A DNA stretch of 32,000 nt from Geotalea uraniireducens Rf4 (GTDB lineage: Bacteria; Desulfobacterota; Desulfuromonadia; Geobacterales; Geobacteraceae): NCBI RefSeq assembly GCF_000016745.1, contig NC_009483.1, positions 3,990,001 through 4,022,000 on the forward strand, read 5' to 3'. The position numbers were made by a program, and so were the translations under genes. The notes beneath the pieces are model-generated. The model made no database searches, was not told the origin of the DNA, and saw nothing but the letters and a program-made list of their open reading frames with translations. Shown here piece after piece: positions 1 through 8,802 of the stretch. The stretch's first letter is position 1, and each line of letters begins with the position of its first letter.

Positions 1-101
1 TGAACTGAACACATGTTCAAGCGATAAACCCGCTTGAAACGCAGGCTGGAAGCCTACGCTCCCGGGATATGCTGAATAGTTACCCCTTCATTTTTCATAA
101 A

Positions 102-196
102 CCGCCGACCACCGACCACCGACCACCGACCACCGACCACCGACCACCGACCACCGACCGCCGACCGCCGACCGCCGACCGCCGACCGCCGACCGC
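102..196. repeat. Perfect 7-bp tandem array: 1x CCGCCGA, 7x CCACCGA, 5x CCGCCGA plus a partial CCGC unit
   Basis: Counted unit by unit in register from position 102. There are no interruptions. The array is intergenic, about 140 bp upstream of the chemoreceptor start codon. Confidence 0.95.
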
Positions 197-333
197 TTTT
201 ACCCCATCCTGAAATTTTATTTAATTTTCTCCCCCTTAAGCCGAAAAGTTTAGCAATGTCTTGTCTCGCAGGACATTAAGTGCAAAAACACCATGAACAA
301 GAATAGTTTGCCGGAAAGCAACGGGGGGATTTT

Positions 334-2328
334 ATGCTGTCGTTGAACAATCTGAAAGTCAGAAAGAAATTGTGGTTGATAATCGGCAGCGCACTGGCAG
401 GCATCGTGGTGATCATCGCCATGTCCCTCTTCATGCTCAAGACCGATTTAAAAGACGAAAAGGCCCTCAAGACGCGACACTTGGTGGAAACCGCCTACTC
501 CACCCTCGATTACTATTACAGGCTTGCAGCAAGCGGCAAGATATCGCAGGAAGAGGCAAAGGCCGCGGCCATTGCCGTCATCAAAACCATGCGCTACGAA
601 GATAAGGAGTATTTCTGGATAAACGACATGCATCCAACCATGGTCATGCATCCCTACAAGCCGGAACTGGACGGTAAAGACCTGTCCGGTTTCAAGGACA
701 ACGAGGGAAAGAAGCTGTTTGTCGAGTTTGTTGAAACCGTCAAGGCGAAAAAAGCCGGTTTCGTCTATTACCTCTGGCCGAAGCCCGGCTTCGACAAACC
801 GGTGCTCAAGGTCTCTTACGTGAAGGGCTTCGAGCCGTGGGGGTGGATCATCGGCAGCGGCATATACCTCGATGATCTCGATGCGTTGTTCTGGAGCAAA
901 TCGCGTCAGTATGCGCTCGTGGCTTTTGCCGTGTTTCTCATGATCCTGGCCATGTCCTGGATTGTCGCCAAAAACATCACCAGGAACCTGACGGATCTTA
1001 CGGACAAGATCGGCTTGATCAGCGACGGCGACCTCCGCATATCCATCGAGGCCAAGGGAAATGACGAGTTCGGCATGCTCGCCCGCGACATCAACAAGAT
1101 GGCCGTCTCACTCAACGAGATGATCAATCAGATCTTCGACTCGATCAACAACGTGGTGCAGGTCGTCGATACGGTCAAGACCAAGTCCGAGCAGACGGCA
1201 GGAGCCGCCCAGAAACAGTCCATGCAAGCCACCGGCATCGCCACGGCCGCAGAGGAAATGAGCCATACCATCAACGACATGGCACGGAACGCAGCCACTG
1301 CCGCAGACACGTCAGCCGATGCCATGAAGACGGCAGCAAGCGGCAAGCAGGTTGCAGACGGGGCGGTCGAAACCATTGACAGGGTTTTCCGGGCCACGGT
1401 AGATCTGGAGCAGATGATTGAAAAATTGAGTTCCAGCGTCTCCGAAATCGGCGATATCGTCACCGTTATCAATGATATCGCCGACCAGACAAATCTTCTC
1501 GCCCTGAATGCCTCCATTGAAGCGGCACGTGCCGGCGAACACGGCAGGGGATTTGCCGTCGTTGCCGATGAGGTAAGGAAGCTGGCGGAACGGACGATCA
1601 GGGCAACCGCCGAGATCTCCAAGAAGATCGGCGCCGTGCAGAAAGAATCCGAGCAGACGACCAACTCCATGGCCGAAGCCTCCGGCGAAGTGACCATGGC
1701 AACTGATTATATCAAACAGGTGGGAAGCACCCTCAATCATATCGTCGATGCAGTGCAGAATGCCCGCGACCAGATAACCCAGATTGCCACTGCCATCGAG
1801 CAACAGTCGGCGACAACGGAGGAGCTGGCGCAGAATTTCGAACAAACTTCCGCCGCAGCGGTACAGATGGAAAAAATGTCCGAAGAAGTGACCCAGGCAG
1901 TCTACAGGCTGAGCCACATAGACGAGGAGATCAGAAACAGCACATCCGGCTTTAAAACCGTCGTCAGCGCCCTGCAGATGCTTGACATGGCGAAAACTGA
2001 CCACCGGATCTTCGTCAACAAGCTAGGCGACTGCATGAACGGCGGAAAAAAAATGGACGTCTCTCAAATGCCCGACCACCATACATGCCGGTTCGGCAAA
2101 TGGTATGAGACGGAAGGTCGACAGACCTGCGCCAATTCAAAAAGCTACAAGACCGTCGCCGTCCCCCATGAGAAGATCCATGCGTTGGCCAAAGAAGCTG
2201 CGGCAGCGTGTAATTCGGGAGACAAGGCAAAATCCCAGCGGCTCTACACGGAAATCGAAGCGCTCTCCGATGAGATAAGCCGTCTCCTCGACGACATCAA
2301 GAACGAGAGCAGTAATCTAATGAAATAA
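334..2328 (+). CDS. Methyl-accepting chemotaxis protein with a periplasmic Cache-type sensor, HAMP, MA signalling domain and a C-terminal CZB (zinc-binding) domain
   Basis: 664-aa ORF with an ATG start and a G-rich RBS at 323-328. TM1 is [23 protein letters not shown]. The Cache-like motif is [27 protein letters not shown]2 is followed by HAMP. The conserved MCP hairpin reads [40 protein letters not shown]. The C-terminal HRIFVNKL...[10 protein letters not shown]...PHEKIH pattern is typical of CZB. Confidence 0.9.
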   Translation: MLSLNNLKVRKKLWLIIGSALAGIVVIIAMSLFMLKTDLKDEKALKTRHLVETAYSTLDYYYRLAASGKISQEEAKAAAIAVIKTMRYEDKEYFWINDMHPTMVMHPYKPELDGKDLSGFKDNEGKKLFVEFVETVKAKKAGFVYYLWPKPGFDKPVLKVSYVKGFEPWGWIIGSGIYLDDLDALFWSKSRQYALVAFAVFLMILAMSWIVAKNITRNLTDLTDKIGLISDGDLRISIEAKGNDEFGMLARDINKMAVSLNEMINQIFDSINNVVQVVDTVKTKSEQTAGAAQKQSMQATGIATAAEEMSHTINDMARNAATAADTSADAMKTAASGKQVADGAVETIDRVFRATVDLEQMIEKLSSSVSEIGDIVTVINDIADQTNLLALNASIEAARAGEHGRGFAVVADEVRKLAERTIRATAEISKKIGAVQKESEQTTNSMAEASGEVTMATDYIKQVGSTLNHIVDAVQNARDQITQIATAIEQQSATTEELAQNFEQTSAAAVQMEKMSEEVTQAVYRLSHIDEEIRNSTSGFKTVVSALQMLDMAKTDHRIFVNKLGDCMNGGKKMDVSQMPDHHTCRFGKWYETEGRQTCANSKSYKTVAVPHEKIHALAKEAAAACNSGDKAKSQRLYTEIEALSDEISRLLDDIKNESSNLMK

Positions 2329-2388
2329 CCTTTCTCGAAACATCAACTGGCGCGCCGCCGGCCGCACGCAATAAACAAGCTTTTTTTA

Positions 2389-2417
2389 TTGACCAGCCCC
2401 CGCTCTTGCGTTATAAA
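2389..2417 (+). promoter_or_regulatory. Candidate sigma-70 promoter for pta (TTGACC, 17-nt spacer, TATAAA)
   Basis: -35 TTGACC at 2389-2394, 17-nt spacer, -10 TATAAA at 2412-2417, about 37 nt upstream of the pta ATG. Motif match only. Confidence 0.5.
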
Positions 2418-2453
2418 ATCAAATCTTGTTTTATAAAACCTGCAAGGGGGAAA

Positions 2454-3461
2454 ATGAATATGCATCTGATGGAGCAGATTAAGGCAAAGGCCAAGAAAAA
2501 CCTGCAAACTGTAGTTCTGCCGGAAAGCTATGATGAGAGGATGCTTTTTGCCGCTCAAAAGATAGTGGAACAAGGTTTGGCCAAAATCATATTGCTCGGC
2601 AACCCGGCTGAGGTTTCTGCAACGGCGCAAGCCAAAGGGGTGAATCTTGCCGGTGTGGAAATCCTTGATCCGACGGCATCCCCCAAGCTTAACGCCTATG
2701 TCGACGAACTTGTGGAACTGCGCAAGAGCAAAGGCCTCAGCAAAGAAGAGGCGACAAAACTGCTGACCGACAAAGATAACCTCTATTACGCGGGAATGAT
2801 GGTACGAATGGGCGACGCCGGCGGCGAAGTGGCCGGAGCAACCGGCACCACCGGCAACGTGCTCAAGGCGGCATTTCAGACGGTAGGCACCGCCCCGGGC
2901 ATCAAAACCGTTTCCTCGTTTTTCCTCATGGTTACCCAAAACCCTGATTTTGGCGAAAACGGCATCCTGCTCTTCGCCGATTGCGCGGTCAACCCCAACC
3001 CCGATGCCCAGGCCCTGGCGGAAATCGCCGTAGCAACAGCCCGGAACTGCACATCATTCCTCGATGTTCCCGCCCGTGTCGCCATGCTCTCCTTTTCCAC
3101 CAAGGGAAGCGCTGCGCACGCCGACATAGACAAGGTACTCAAGGCGCTTGAAATTGCCAAGGGGATCGATCCCGCTCTCCAGATCGACGGCGAATTGCAG
3201 GCAGATGCGGCGCTCCTGCCGAAAGTCGGCGAAAAGAAAGCCCCGGGCAGCACGGTGGCAGGCAAGGCAAACGTCCTGATCTTCCCCGATCTCGATGCGG
3301 GCAACATCGCATACAAGCTTGTGGAGCGGGTAGCAGGCGCCGAAGCCATCGGACCGGTCATCCAGGGGCTGGCAAAACCGGTAAACGATCTGTCGCGCGG
3401 CTGTTCGGTGGACGATATCGTTAACGTAGCAGCCATCACGGCGGTGCAGGCGCAGGGTTAA
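2454..3461 (+). CDS. pta: Phosphate acetyltransferase (short-form Pta)
   Basis: The ORF track begins at a TTG (2406). The ATG at 2454 follows RBS AAGGGGG (2444-2450) and gives MNMHLMEQIKAKAKKNLQTVVLPESYDERML. PTA_PTB-family motifs are present throughout (GAVNPNPD-like CAVNPNP, FPDLDAGNIAYKL). Confidence 0.9.
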   Translation: MNMHLMEQIKAKAKKNLQTVVLPESYDERMLFAAQKIVEQGLAKIILLGNPAEVSATAQAKGVNLAGVEILDPTASPKLNAYVDELVELRKSKGLSKEEATKLLTDKDNLYYAGMMVRMGDAGGEVAGATGTTGNVLKAAFQTVGTAPGIKTVSSFFLMVTQNPDFGENGILLFADCAVNPNPDAQALAEIAVATARNCTSFLDVPARVAMLSFSTKGSAAHADIDKVLKALEIAKGIDPALQIDGELQADAALLPKVGEKKAPGSTVAGKANVLIFPDLDAGNIAYKLVERVAGAEAIGPVIQGLAKPVNDLSRGCSVDDIVNVAAITAVQAQG

Positions 3462-3496
3462 GCGGTCGGCGGTCGATGGTCGGCGGTAGATGGTAA
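3462..3496. repeat. Five degenerate heptads (GCGGTCG GCGGTCG ATGGTCG GCGGTAG ATGGTAA) directly after the pta stop codon
   Basis: Read directly. These are the reverse-complement orientation of the heptad families at 102-196 (CCGACCG/CCGACCA) and 3552-3614 (TCTACCA). Confidence 0.85.
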
Positions 3497-3504
3497 TGAC
3501 AAAA

Positions 3505-3544
3505 ACAAGAAAGGCCGGCGGGGATTCCCGCCGGCCTTTCTTGT
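3505..3544. terminator. Bidirectional rho-independent terminator shared by convergent pta and ackA
   Basis: Perfect stem ACAAGAAAGGCCGGCGGG / CCCGCCGGCCTTTCTTGT with loop GATT. An A-run lies on the left and a T-rich run on the right. Confidence 0.85.
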
Positions 3545-3551
3545 TTCATCA

Positions 3552-3614
3552 TTCACCATCTACCATCTACCATCTACCATCTACCATCTACCATCTACCA
3601 TCTACCATCCACCG
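3552..3614. repeat. Nine heptads: TTCACCA, 7x TCTACCA, TCCACCG
   Basis: Counted in register. The array lies between the terminator hairpin and the ackA stop codon (3620-3622). Its reverse complement (TGGTAGA) matches the left-arm units at 3483-3496. Confidence 0.95.
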
Positions 3615-3619
3615 CATCA

Positions 3620-4885
3620 TCACTTCCTGACGAAATCAGGTCGTGAGAATGAATACTCGAAGTGCATGTGGTCGGTATAGGTACCGGCCAGAATGGCCGC
3701 CACATCTTCGGTGAAGACCAGTTCCTCGTCGGTGGGAATGACATAGACCTTGACCGGCGAGTCGTCGGTGGTGATGAGGGTTTCCCGTTTCCTGGTCATG
3801 GCGGACTTGTTACGCTCCTTATCCAGTTTGATGCCGAGATGTTCCAGCCCCTCGATGGTTTTCTCCCTGATCGGCCACCCCATCTCGCCGACACCGGCGG
3901 TAAAGACCACGGCGTCAAGCCTTCCGATGGCAGCCATATACGAACCGATATACTTGCGCAGGCGATAGGCCTCGATATCCAGGGCCAGTACGCACAGCCT
4001 GTCGCCATTTGCCGCGTGCTCGATAACCTCGCGACGGTCTGTAAAGCGACCGGTGATCCCCAGAACACCGCTCTTTTTGTTGAGGATGCTGTCTATTTCC
4101 TTGGCGGACAGGTTCTCCTTCTGCATCATGAAGGCAGGAATGGCCGGGTCGATGTCGCCGCAGCGGGTTCCCATAACCGCACCCTCAAGGGGGGTAAGCC
4201 CCATGCTGGTATCGATGGATATGCCGTTATTTATTGCGCAATGGGAAACGCCATTGCCGATATGCATGGTGATGATATTCGTCTCTTTAGGGGATTTACC
4301 CAGCAAAACCGCCGCCCGTTTGGAAACGTAAAGATGGGAGGTCCCGTGAAAACCGTAGCGGCGAACACCGTATTTCTCGTACCATTCGTAGGGAAGCGGG
4401 TAGAGATAGGCATGCTCCGGCATGGTCTGATGAAATGCCGTGTCGAAAATGGCCACCTGGGGAACATTCGGCAGAATGGCCTGAGCCGCTTCAATACCGG
4501 CAATGTTCGGCGGATTGTGCAGCGGCGCCAGATGCTGCACCTCTTTAACGGCATCAAGAACGTTTTCATCGATCATCACTGAGCAGGTGAACTTCTCCCC
4601 GCCGTGAACAACCCTGTGGCCGATAGCAGCAATCTGGTTGATGTCTTTCAAAACGCCATGCTCCGGATCGGTAAGCGTCCTGATGATAAGGTCTATGGCA
4701 ACCTGATGATCAGGGCACTCAGATTCTTCCCGGTAGGTTTCACGTCCGGGAACCTCGTGCATGATAAAAGAGTCGCCAATGATAACCCGTTCAACCATCC
4801 CCTTGGCAATGACTTCCTTTTTATCCCAATCGAACAATTGGTATTTTACCGACGAACTACCGCAGTTAAGGGCGAGTATATCCAT
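3620..4885 (-). CDS. ackA: Acetate kinase
   Basis: 421 aa. The N-terminus MDILALNCGSSSVKYQLF is the canonical acetate kinase signature and family resemblance runs the full length. Convergent with pta. Confidence 0.95.
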   Translation of the reverse strand: MDILALNCGSSSVKYQLFDWDKKEVIAKGMVERVIIGDSFIMHEVPGRETYREESECPDHQVAIDLIIRTLTDPEHGVLKDINQIAAIGHRVVHGGEKFTCSVMIDENVLDAVKEVQHLAPLHNPPNIAGIEAAQAILPNVPQVAIFDTAFHQTMPEHAYLYPLPYEWYEKYGVRRYGFHGTSHLYVSKRAAVLLGKSPKETNIITMHIGNGVSHCAINNGISIDTSMGLTPLEGAVMGTRCGDIDPAIPAFMMQKENLSAKEIDSILNKKSGVLGITGRFTDRREVIEHAANGDRLCVLALDIEAYRLRKYIGSYMAAIGRLDAVVFTAGVGEMGWPIREKTIEGLEHLGIKLDKERNKSAMTRKRETLITTDDSPVKVYVIPTDEELVFTEDVAAILAGTYTDHMHFEYSFSRPDFVRK

Positions 4886-5141
4886 GTTTTATATCTCCCT
4901 GAAAAACAAATAACCTAAAGATGACAACCGATTATTTCCATTACGATAAAAAAGACGAGAAAAACTTTAACGTAAATAAAACTGCTTTTTATAATACAGC
5001 AGAGTGGCTCTCAGTTCAAGATTTTTTCTACATAATATAGCAATTATAGAACAAGCTTTCTTGTGGACATTTTTTATCGTCTATGGTAATTTACGAAAAT
5101 CAAACAACTAATTGAAAATTAACAAAAAGGAGGTGAATACC

Positions 5142-5309
5142 TTGGCTCATACCATTACCGACGAGTGCATCAACTGCGGTGCCTGTGACGAATCCTGCCC
5201 TGTTAATGCTATCAGTGAAGCTGGCAACAAAAGGACTATCTCAGCTGATACCTGCATTGATTGCGGGGCATGTGTGGATACCTGTCCAGTAAATGCAATT
5301 CACGCCTAA
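5142..5309 (+). CDS. 2x[4Fe-4S] ferredoxin (55 aa)
   Basis: Two CxxCxxCxxxCP motifs (CINCGACDESCP, CIDCGACVDTCP). The likely start is the TTG at 5142, 8 nt after RBS AAGGAGG (5127-5133). The ORF-track start at 5112 lies upstream of that RBS. Confidence 0.85.
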   Translation: MAHTITDECINCGACDESCPVNAISEAGNKRTISADTCIDCGACVDTCPVNAIHA

Positions 5310-5479
5310 TCCCGGCCATAGCAAGGATTGATTCAGCCGGTGCTTCCGGTGCCGGCTGATTTCCTTACCTCATCAGCACTACCCCATTTCCTCCGGTTGT
5401 TCCCATTCCAAATTTCCGACATTAAACGCATCAACCTGCACTGCTGCGCCGATTTCTCATCATTCATCCTATAAAAAGC

Positions 5480-5619
5480 ATTTTAGCCACGAATTTGCAC
5501 GAATATACAAGCTCTTGTGATGTAGAAGACACTCACTACTCAAGACTTAACAAGAGGTTAAAAACATTCGTGTTTATTCGTGTTTATTCGTGGCTAACTG
5601 CCGTTTTTGGGTTCATGCC
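5480..5619 (-). repeat. Copy A of a three-copy intergenic element (CACGAAT-arm element), minus orientation, lacking the inner 12-nt hairpin
   Basis: Its reverse complement aligns along the whole length with 25417-25564. Terminal arms are AGCCACGAAT...ATTCGTGGCT with reiterated CACGAAT heptamers. The shared flank is GGCATGAACCCAAAAACGGCAGTT. Confidence 0.85.
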
Positions 5620-5652
5620 GCCACGCAAGACGATATCGCGCAGTAACCTTGT

Positions 5653-5682
5653 TAAAAAAAAGGCCGGTAAGCACCGGCCTTT
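5653..5682 (-). terminator. Rho-independent terminator of the hpt / zinc-ribbon operon
   Basis: The minus strand reads AAGGCCGGTGCTTACCGGCCTT followed by T8. It lies 26 nt after the stop codon at 5708. Confidence 0.8.
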
Positions 5683-5707
5683 GCGTCTGACAGATTGGAC
5701 GTTGCCA

Positions 5708-7390
5708 CTACTGACTGGCCACGGTTGAGCCGGCAATCTCCACACCGAACTCCACGATATCCTTCGGCACATTGGCAAAAACGATCACAAAAGGAATCCC
5801 TTTCCCCGGTTGAACCCCAAGATTGGAAAGAGAATCGCCAAACTGGTTATTCATGGCCGCCTCAATTTTTGCCATCGACAAGGTGGCCAACTGCTCTTTA
5901 GAGAGTTGGTTGCCGCAATATGCGCTTTTTTGCACAACCGCAGCCCCGTTTTTGCCGAAAAGCGTCGCTTTCACTTGAATGGTCGCCCGTGGCTTCTTGA
6001 AACCGTTCACCGCCTCACCGGAAATGATGAAAAGTTCTCCCGCCTCCTTGTTGGTAATGAATGACCCGACCGGATTTTTTGCGGTTATGCTCCCCTCTTC
6101 GGCAGCTTTCACGCCAAACCATTTGGCCATAAAGCCAAGTCCGACCTTGTTAAATGCCGTCGGACCGTCTTTAAGAAAGAAGAACCCCGTGCCGGCCAGG
6201 ACCAGGAGAACCAGAACGGAAATCGCAAGGACCGCAACCGTAAAGATGGAACTTCCCTTGCGCCGCGAAGATATCGATAGCGGGGGGAGCTCCTCTTCCG
6301 TCGCCGCTGAATCGATGGCAGGTGGAACGAAAGCCGATACTTTTTCCTCTGGAGCAGCAATAGTGAAATCTGTTTCGCCAACAGACTCCACGGGCCCTTT
6401 TGCTTCTTCGACAGCAGTTGGTGCAGCAACCTCACCAAAATCGATGGACCCGAAGTCGAAGTTTTCTGTTGCTTCGATTGACCCATCTTCTTTCGGCGTG
6501 ATGTTTTCGTCCGCAGGGGGTAATGAGATTTCGCCAGGATCAATAGACGACAGCCCGGGCTCGGCATCGGTGAAGACGAAATCGGAGGGCTGCTCTTCCT
6601 GAATGTAACTGTCGACAGAAAAGGCATGCCGGGCTTCGTTTTCAGCTTCAGCCGCTCCCCGTACCTCATCCTCTTCAAAACCCAGGGAGAACTCTTCAGC
6701 TATTGCGGCTGGCACCCCTTCCGCAGACTCTTCGTCCAGCGACGAGCCAACGGGGGGGAATTCAAACATTCCAGCACCCTCTTCCTGAGCATTATCCTGT
6801 TCCGCCGCACCAGGCCCTGCAATAAAGGCAAAACTATCGGCGTCAAATTCAGCAGCGGCATCATTTCCCGGGCTTGCAGGCGCCACGCCCGGGATGTCTT
6901 CACCTGGCTCAAAAGCAAAAGAGTCGAAATCAAAACCTGCATCAGTTGCGGATGGAGCGACATCAACAGTGACATCGACCGGTGGTGTTGCAACCGACTC
7001 ATCATTGAACGCGAATCCACTAAGTCCAAAATCGTCATCCTCAGCGGGCGTTGGCTCACGTTCAGCAGCCAAGCTTGCCTCTGCGGAAATACCCTCTGGA
7101 GCGCGAGCAGCAACTTCCTCGCTTGCGGCAAATGGATCCGCTTCTTGCTGCTCAGGGGCGTTGACCGGCAGCGGCGGGGGGAACTCTGCCGAATGGACCG
7201 GTTGCGATGGAGGCACGGTTGAACCCAGGTTGCTCAGAATCGAATCGAAATCAGCCTCTTCCTGGGGGGCTTCTTTAGTTACGACAAAAACATGCTTGCA
7301 CTTGGAACAGCGGACTTTGACCCCGCCGTCCTTTATCTTTGCATCATCCAACCTGAACCTGGTTTTGCACTGGTCACACTGTAGTACCAT
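5708..7390 (-). CDS. Zinc-ribbon (MJ0042-type) protein with a long acidic low-complexity linker, one TM helix and a DUF3426-like C-terminal domain
   Basis: The N-terminus is MVLQCDQCKTRFRLDDAKIKDGGVKVRCSKCKHVFVV (two CxxC pairs). About 330 aa of D/E/A/P/F-rich sequence follows, then TM IFTVAVLAISVLVLLVLAGTGFFF and a beta-rich C-terminal domain. RBS GGAGG precedes the ATG. Confidence 0.8.
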   Translation of the reverse strand: MVLQCDQCKTRFRLDDAKIKDGGVKVRCSKCKHVFVVTKEAPQEEADFDSILSNLGSTVPPSQPVHSAEFPPPLPVNAPEQQEADPFAASEEVAARAPEGISAEASLAAEREPTPAEDDDFGLSGFAFNDESVATPPVDVTVDVAPSATDAGFDFDSFAFEPGEDIPGVAPASPGNDAAAEFDADSFAFIAGPGAAEQDNAQEEGAGMFEFPPVGSSLDEESAEGVPAAIAEEFSLGFEEDEVRGAAEAENEARHAFSVDSYIQEEQPSDFVFTDAEPGLSSIDPGEISLPPADENITPKEDGSIEATENFDFGSIDFGEVAAPTAVEEAKGPVESVGETDFTIAAPEEKVSAFVPPAIDSAATEEELPPLSISSRRKGSSIFTVAVLAISVLVLLVLAGTGFFFLKDGPTAFNKVGLGFMAKWFGVKAAEEGSITAKNPVGSFITNKEAGELFIISGEAVNGFKKPRATIQVKATLFGKNGAAVVQKSAYCGNQLSKEQLATLSMAKIEAAMNNQFGDSLSNLGVQPGKGIPFVIVFANVPKDIVEFGVEIAGSTVASQ

Positions 7391-7409
7391 TTATACCTCC
7401 ACGCGGAGA

Positions 7410-7961
7410 TTATTGTATGAATTCATAGATTTGCGACAGTTCTCTCATTTTTTCATCCAGGTCCAACCCGTAACCGACGAGGAACCCGCCCTTGCAGGCA
7501 ATCCCGACGTAATCAGCCGTTACCTCTACCCGGCGACGCCCCTGTTTGTCAATCAAGGTACAGACTTTGAGACTTTTCGGTTCTCTCTCCCAAAGCCTTT
7601 CCAGCAAGAACGCAAGGGTTAACCCGGTATCGATTATGTCTTCAACCACCAGCACATGCTTGCCGGCAATGGAGGTCTCCAGATCTTTTGCTATGGTCAC
7701 TCGACCAGTGCTCTCCATGCCGCTGTAGCTGCTAAGCTTGATAAAATCGAGGGTCAGCGGCAATTGAACCTGTCGGGCGAGGTCAGCAGCAAAGAAAAAA
7801 GCCCCTTTTAAGACAACAACCATGAGCAGTTCTTCACCCGCGTATGAGGAGGAAATCTCTTTCGCCAGCCTCTGCACCTCATCTGCAATACGTTTTTCAG
7901 AGTAAAGCAAACGACGGTCCATCCCCTCACCCACCTTATAAACCCGCTTCATACTTACCAT
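7410..7961 (-). CDS. hpt: Hypoxanthine phosphoribosyltransferase
   Basis: PRPP-binding motif VLVVEDIIDTGLTL and Hpt-like architecture. The true start may be the internal ATG at 7922 (MDRRLLYSEKRIADEV...). The gene ends 19 nt upstream of the zinc-ribbon gene start, so an operon is likely. Confidence 0.88.
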   Translation of the reverse strand: MVSMKRVYKVGEGMDRRLLYSEKRIADEVQRLAKEISSSYAGEELLMVVVLKGAFFFAADLARQVQLPLTLDFIKLSSYSGMESTGRVTIAKDLETSIAGKHVLVVEDIIDTGLTLAFLLERLWEREPKSLKVCTLIDKQGRRRVEVTADYVGIACKGGFLVGYGLDLDEKMRELSQIYEFIQ

Positions 7962-8082
7962 TTTTCCATTTTTCTATAACAGATTAAGGGCGGGAGTGTC
8001 AAATCATTATAGACCTTTACCGGCTTTTTATGCTATAAATATCAATGGTTAGAAATATTCAATTTTTTTTGCGGAGCTTACC

Positions 8083-8772
8083 ATGAAACTGTCTTCGGCA
8101 ATAACCACAGCCTTCTTTTTAATTATTCTCAGCGGAGCGTCAGCCCTTGCTGCACCGCAACTGGTCGTCGATGAGCCTAACTTCAGTTTCGGTACCATCC
8201 CTCAGGGGAAAAAAGTGAACCATGTTTTCGCCATCAGAAATTCCGGCGACACGCCGCTCACTATTCAACGGGTAAGGCCTTCGTGCGGCTGCACCACAGC
8301 AAATGCATCCTCCCCCGTAATCCAGCCGGGCAAAAGCGGTGAAATCAAGATTACCTTTGATTCGACCAATTTTTTCGGCAAGGTAAGTAAAACGGTCTTC
8401 ATCGACACCAATGACCCCAAGAGTCCTGCCGTTACCCTTACCCTGACAGGCTCCATAACGGAGGAAATCCAGATTGCACCGCGCCAGTTGAACCTTGGCC
8501 AGACAAAGATCGGCACCCCCAAAGAAGTAACCATCTCCGTGACCAACAGGGGCAACAGGCCGTTAAAACTTGTTTCTGCCAAATCCCCCATATCGCAGGT
8601 AGTGGCCAGGATAAGGAAAGATCAGTTAAAACCGGGAGAGTCCGGCGTTATTGACGTCACTGTCACCCCTCGCGCTGAAGACCGCATGTTGAGCGGCTAC
8701 CTGTTCATTACCACCGATAACCCGCAAAAAAGTGAAATCATGGTCCCGCTGTATGCGTCAGCAGTAAAATAA
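8083..8772 (+). CDS. Secreted DUF1573 domain protein (two tandem Ig-like DUF1573 units)
   Basis: Signal peptide MKLSSAITTAFFLIILSGASALAAP. The hallmark FxFGxI...G...HxFxxxNxG..PL.I..V.PSCGCTT occurs in the first unit, and a second degenerate unit follows. Confidence 0.8.
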   Translation: MKLSSAITTAFFLIILSGASALAAPQLVVDEPNFSFGTIPQGKKVNHVFAIRNSGDTPLTIQRVRPSCGCTTANASSPVIQPGKSGEIKITFDSTNFFGKVSKTVFIDTNDPKSPAVTLTLTGSITEEIQIAPRQLNLGQTKIGTPKEVTISVTNRGNRPLKLVSAKSPISQVVARIRKDQLKPGESGVIDVTVTPRAEDRMLSGYLFITTDNPQKSEIMVPLYASAVK

Positions 8773-8802
8773 GCAGATGGGAACCGGATACGCAGCAAGA
8801 TA

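Noticed and set aside
56-100. Minus-strand ATG at about position 100 (ATGAAAAATGAAGGGG...) as a gene start next to the heptad array.
   Set aside because: The frame hits a TAG after 14 codons, so there is no credible CDS.
3662-4582. 306-aa plus-strand ORF antisense to ackA. The same class includes the long antisense ORFs 10954-11889, 12172-12900, 13326-14213, 15479-16474, 16543-17370, 22788-23546 and 23047-23742.
   Set aside because: Each lies entirely within a confidently identified gene on the other strand. Their products are Arg/Gly/Pro/His-rich and low-complexity, with no recognisable motifs. This is typical of spurious open frames in GC-rich DNA.
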